A stretch of DNA of 63,431 nt, the filler included, from Actinobacteria bacterium UBA7524 (GTDB lineage: Bacteria > Actinomycetota > Coriobacteriia > Anaerosomatales > UBA912): assembly GCA_002478275.1 (NCBI GenBank). It is 3 parts of 3 records of this genome, joined end to end, with 100 filler letters (N's around TTAATTAATTAA, not from the genome) between each part and the next. Parts side by side here need not be neighbours in the genome. Positions count along the whole stretch, not along the records: positions 56,289 to 63,431 come from DLMY01000043.1; 2 more parts are not named here. The stretch is one strand, 5' to 3'. Shown in pieces: positions 59,690 to 63,431 of this stretch. How positions within the stretch are numbered: position 1 is the stretch's first letter; each line of letters starts with the position of its first letter. The notes beneath the pieces are model-generated. The model worked only from the letters and a program-made list of their open reading frames with translations, ran no database searches and had not been told where the DNA came from. A program made the translations under genes and the position numbers.

Positions 59690-60013
59690 TCAGTTGAGGC
59701 CCTCGACGACCCGCTCGGCCTGCTCGATGTCTGCTTCGCTGCGTTCGAGGTCGGTCTGTGCCTGGGTGAGCCAGTCAGTGCCGGCCTCCTCCATCTCGTC
59801 GATCTCGAGGAGAGTGAGGTAGACCATCGGTACGAGTACCCCTGAGTACCGTCTCGCGATCATCAGCGTGTCGTCCTCGTCCTCGTCCTGGGCGTCTACC
59901 ACCAGGATCGCGAATTCGGGAGCCGGGAATCTCTCCTCGGCGCGCTTGACGACGTCGAGCAATGACGGCGAGAAGCCCATGTCGGCGTCGTGTCCGGCCA
60001 TACGTACGAGCAT
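59690..60013 (-). CDS. Acidic hypothetical protein
   Basis: AAAGGA RBS; ORF fills the space between neighbours. Confidence 0.55.
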   Translation of the reverse strand: MLVRMAGHDADMGFSPSLLDVVKRAEERFPAPEFAILVVDAQDEDEDDTLMIARRYSGVLVPMVYLTLLEIDEMEEAGTDWLTQAQTDLERSEADIEQAERVVEGLN

Positions 60014-60187
60014 CGGCGTACATCCTTTCGTAAGTGACCGCCCGAAGCTGCACCAGGCGGTCGGCCTGGGTTGTTTGTGCCCGATGTGCGGGCTTCCCAA
60101 GCCCGCGCGGACGAGTCGGAGAGGTACCGTGCCGTTAGGCTACCATGAGTCAGTCGGACGATCGTCACGAACGAGAGTGGAGCGTGC

Positions 60188-61219
60188 ATGAAGGAGGAGT
60201 CCGTGCTGGAACATGCGGGTGCTCCGACGTCCACCACCGCAGCGGCTCACGGTGGTGACGGAGACACTGTCGAATGGGAGTTCGATATCCCGCTCCTGAC
60301 GAACCGGTTCATGGTGTGGGATTTCCTCCGCGTCACTGCATTCTCGGTCGCAGCCATGTGGCTGATCGTGGCTGCGATGGGATGGATCATCGAGGGGGAG
60401 CTGGTGCTCCTGCCGCTCGAGGTGCTGATCCTGACGGCGGGGATCCTCCTGGTGCTCTTCGCCCTGGCGTCATTGCTCCTGGGCAACCGCCACGGGGCTC
60501 GTTTCACCGTGGGCCCCGATGGCGTGCGGTACGCGGCGAGGCTACGAGAGCGGCGGATCAACACGCTTGTCACCGTACTGGGTGTGCTGGCCGGCAGCCC
60601 TACCGCCGCCGGTGCGGGCCTGCTCGCCAAGGGTCAGGAGCGTCTCGACGTCCCATGGACATCGATCGAGCGCCTGGTCATCCATCGCTCGGCTCGCGTG
60701 ATAGTCGTGCGAAACTCGTGGCGAGCGGTGCTGAGGCTGCATTGCCCGCCGGAACTGTTCGGACGGGTCCTTGATCTGGCCGAGGAGTACTGGAGTGCGT
60801 CACGGCCTGCGCACGAGGCCGCGCAGCGACGTGGCGCGGAGAACAAGACCCCCGTGAGATCCTGGTCCTCCAGGCTGGGTCTGGCCCTTGTCGTGCTGGT
60901 ACTCACTATCTGCGCACGGATATGGCCGTGGACGGAGCCTGAGATCGCGACGCGGATCGGGTCGTTGGGGGCCGCGGCGCTGGTACTGTCATCCCTCACC
61001 GAACTGGCCGGACGCCGGCTCTGGGCCTGGCTTGCGCTGCCTCTGCTGCTCTGGCACGCGGGTGCGACGGCATCATCCGCGCTCAAGCCTTTCGGCCTGG
61101 GTACGACTCAAGGCGTTACCTGGATGCTCGACACGCCCCTGCTCGCGCTGTCGGCCGCCGCTCTTCTCGGGTCGCTCGGCATCGCGGTATGGCGCGCCTT
61201 CGGGCGCTTGCCTGGCTGA
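60188..61219 (+). CDS. Multi-pass membrane hypothetical protein
   Basis: Several TM segments. Confidence 0.6.
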   Translation: MKEESVLEHAGAPTSTTAAAHGGDGDTVEWEFDIPLLTNRFMVWDFLRVTAFSVAAMWLIVAAMGWIIEGELVLLPLEVLILTAGILLVLFALASLLLGNRHGARFTVGPDGVRYAARLRERRINTLVTVLGVLAGSPTAAGAGLLAKGQERLDVPWTSIERLVIHRSARVIVVRNSWRAVLRLHCPPELFGRVLDLAEEYWSASRPAHEAAQRRGAENKTPVRSWSSRLGLALVVLVLTICARIWPWTEPEIATRIGSLGAAALVLSSLTELAGRRLWAWLALPLLLWHAGATASSALKPFGLGTTQGVTWMLDTPLLALSAAALLGSLGIAVWRAFGRLPG

Positions 61220-61267
61220 GTGGAAGCCGGGCACCCTCACCCATGGGTGGGTCCCTGCGGCGGATCC

Positions 61268-61933
61268 TCAGATCATCGCTGCGGCGATCAGCGCTTCGCG
61301 CGCCTGTCCCGTGCCACCCCTGAGCGTGAGTCTGTACTTCTTGCCCGTGGTCTTGATGATCAGGCGGTCCGGCGACTCGGCCCCGTTCTCATCCATCGTA
61401 CCGTGGACGATCTTCGCCTTGACTATCGTGCTGCGGTCGATCGCGAAGCTCTCCGCGGTCTCGGCCAGCGTCTGGTCGGGCGTCATCTCGTAGTAGCGCT
61501 GGGAGAACGCCGCGAAGGCCCCGAGTTGCGCTCCCCACTGCCCGAAGAACCCCTTGCCTTCGGCCTTCGCGCCCTCACGGGCGTCAGTGACCATCTTCTT
61601 CGTCATCTCCTTGGTCACGAACGCGAAGATGACGCGCCGGTCTGTAAGCACGAGCACATACGGTTTGCTTCCAACGCCGAGGAACCCGCTATTGAGCACG
61701 GCGTTCGGGATGAGGCCCAGTACACGTTCACCTGAAGCTGCCGGAGGTGTTGGCTGAGGGTCAGGCGTACTGGCCGGAGCCGCGAGCGGCTCAGGAGCCG
61801 CGACAGGGTCCGGCGTGGTGGACGATCCAGGCGCAGCCACTGTCGTTACGGCCGCTCCACATGCGGTACAGAATCGGGTGCCTTCGGTGAGACCTGCACC
61901 GCACTTCACGCAGAAACGGGCCTGCTCTGTCAT
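61268..61933 (-). CDS. Zinc-ribbon domain protein
   Basis: FCVKCG...FCTACG, Pro-rich linker, VLTDRRVI PH-like region. Confidence 0.75.
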   Translation of the reverse strand: MTEQARFCVKCGAGLTEGTRFCTACGAAVTTVAAPGSSTTPDPVAAPEPLAAPASTPDPQPTPPAASGERVLGLIPNAVLNSGFLGVGSKPYVLVLTDRRVIFAFVTKEMTKKMVTDAREGAKAEGKGFFGQWGAQLGAFAAFSQRYYEMTPDQTLAETAESFAIDRSTIVKAKIVHGTMDENGAESPDRLIIKTTGKKYRLTLRGGTGQAREALIAAAMI

Positions 61934-61969
61934 GGCGAGTGATCCTTTCTCGTGGGGGTGCAAACGCGA

Positions 61970-63431
61970 TCAGTAGTTGTCGTGGATCACCGCGTCGACC
62001 TTGGCCCGCCCATCTTCTTCGATGACGACGTACGTGACCTCTTCGGGACCTGAGTTCCATTCTTCTCTTGTGCGCACGATCCAGGTCGCTGCATCCGGGT
62101 AGTTGTCGGTCACCTCGAACTGGAAGAGCGCCCCGCCTGCAGGGTAGAGGAACCAGTCGTACTCCGTCTGGAAGTTGCGGGTCGTGTAGCTCGTAGCAGC
62201 GTCCACGTCGTTCTCTTTGAGTTCGTTGAGCAGATTGCCCACGGCATCGACCGCGGTCTCCGGGTTCACGACGGCTCCGCCTCCGGCGTCACCCTGCTGC
62301 TCGCTGTCGTCGATGGTCCAGTCATCGATCTTCCAGCCGTCCTCATCGACGAGGATGAACGTCACCAGACCTCCGAACATGCCCGCAGTGACGCCCCCGC
62401 CGGTCTCCTGCACCTGTACGTTGGCTATCCCTGGGCCGGGTTCGGTCGTCGCGATGATCTCGTAGTCCGGGTCTGACCAACCCTCGAAGAAGCCAGCGTC
62501 GATATAAGGCGCTGTCTCCTCGGAGAACAACGCTTTGACCGCATCGAGGTCTGCAGTGGAAACGGCCGCGTAGAAGTCCCGTACGGTGACTTCCGGTGCT
62601 TGTGTAGCTGGAGCATCCGGCTGGCTGGCGGGCGGTTCGGGTGTGGTGACCGGCGCAAGAGAGTCGATCCCCACCGAGGTGCCTGGACCTGCGGCGACTG
62701 CACGTGCGAACACGAAGCCCGCGATCGTGCTTCCGATCAGGTTCATCAGTATCGCGGCAACGAGGACGCCGATGGCAAGACCCCTCGCCCGGTTCACCGC
62801 TATGCCGCGCGCTTCGAGATCCGTCGCCCTGGCGACCTGTGTCTTCGCGGCCTTGTCGCCCACGCGTCTGCCCTCTTTGTCGACGAGGACCATGACCGGC
62901 TCGATGAGGCTACCTATCGCGGGGACGAGCCCGAGTGCGAAAAGGACCGCCTGGCGCAGGATGGTCGCTCCGGCAGAGGCCGGAGAACCGGTGGCCACTG
63001 AGGTCACGACGAGTCCCGTCATGCGTTTGCCGAATCCGGCGCCACCGGCGGCATCTCTGCCGAGCAGGTATCCGAGTTGCCATAGTCCACCGATAGTCGC
63101 CAGGGCGAAACCTGATATGGATGCCTGTCCTCGGGCGATCCCAGCATAGATCAGCAGGATGCCGGTGGGCAGGAGCGCTGATGCGATCAGGGAGTCGGCT
63201 ATCACCGCACCCAGTCTCGCGCCGATCGGGGCTTTCTCGTAGGGTGCATCGCCCACCACGGGCATCGGGATCGTGGGATCTGACGGCACAGAGGCGACCT
63301 CAGGGGCCTGGGCCGGTACCACAGGCACAGGAGGCGCTACGGGAGGCAGTGGCTCGGTGGGAGCCGCCGGGGGAGGCTCCACAGGCACAGGAGGCGCCAC
63401 GGGAGGCAGGGTTTCGGTGGGGGCCGCAGGG
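61970..63431 (-). CDS. RDD-family membrane protein with Pro-rich N-terminus and extracellular domains; 5'-partial
   Basis: ARLGAVIAD, GKRMTGL, RRVGDKAAKTQV; the frame stays open to the window edge. Confidence 0.8.
   Translation of the reverse strand, partial: PAAPTETLPPVAPPVPVEPPPAAPTEPLPPVAPPVPVVPAQAPEVASVPSDPTIPMPVVGDAPYEKAPIGARLGAVIADSLIASALLPTGILLIYAGIARGQASISGFALATIGGLWQLGYLLGRDAAGGAGFGKRMTGLVVTSVATGSPASAGATILRQAVLFALGLVPAIGSLIEPVMVLVDKEGRRVGDKAAKTQVARATDLEARGIAVNRARGLAIGVLVAAILMNLIGSTIAGFVFARAVAAGPGTSVGIDSLAPVTTPEPPASQPDAPATQAPEVTVRDFYAAVSTADLDAVKALFSEETAPYIDAGFFEGWSDPDYEIIATTEPGPGIANVQVQETGGGVTAGMFGGLVTFILVDEDGWKIDDWTIDDSEQQGDAGGGAVVNPETAVDAVGNLLNELKENDVDAATSYTTRNFQTEYDWFLYPAGGALFQFEVTDNYPDAATWIVRTREEWNSGPEEVTYVVIEEDGRAKVDAVIHDNY
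63320..63427. repeat. Imperfect 48-bp direct repeat, 60-bp period, encoding Pro-rich units
   Basis: 63320-63367 vs 63380-63427 (CACAGGCACAGGAGGCGC...GCCGC). Confidence 0.75.

Overview
High-GC bacterial sequence. It is probably an anaerobic monoderm actinobacterium of Coriobacteriia type (inferred from GC, DUF2469 and the lack of a porin gene). The window is three contigs joined by N/TTAATTAATTAA/N linkers (26347-26446, 56189-56288), so synteny holds only within each contig. Contig 1 (1-26346) is a ~23 kb multiheme cytochrome c locus: seven cytochromes with ~72 heme motifs, System II maturation (ResB/CcsA), three NHL beta-propellers, TPR proteins, lipoproteins, two Rex-family regulators and Rex-like boxes. 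It is followed by a B12-radical SAM/menG/amidohydrolase operon. Top finding: the apparently split ORFs 18800-19963 and 19973-20710 are one in-frame gene. Its TGA (19961-19963) aligns with a Cys codon in the adjacent paralog and is followed by a bacterial SECIS-like hairpin, which predicts a selenocysteine-containing, secreted heptaheme cytochrome with OmcS-like (nanowire-type) motif order. Contig 2 carries thrC/apgM, a Met T-box controlling an archaeal-type homocysteine/methionine operon, an AioX-like binding protein with a two-component system and a TorD-like chaperone, an ars cluster lying between lpdA and lipA, and ligA. Contig 3 carries gatAB, degV and membrane or hypothetical genes. Family assignments come from motif recognition only; no searches were run.
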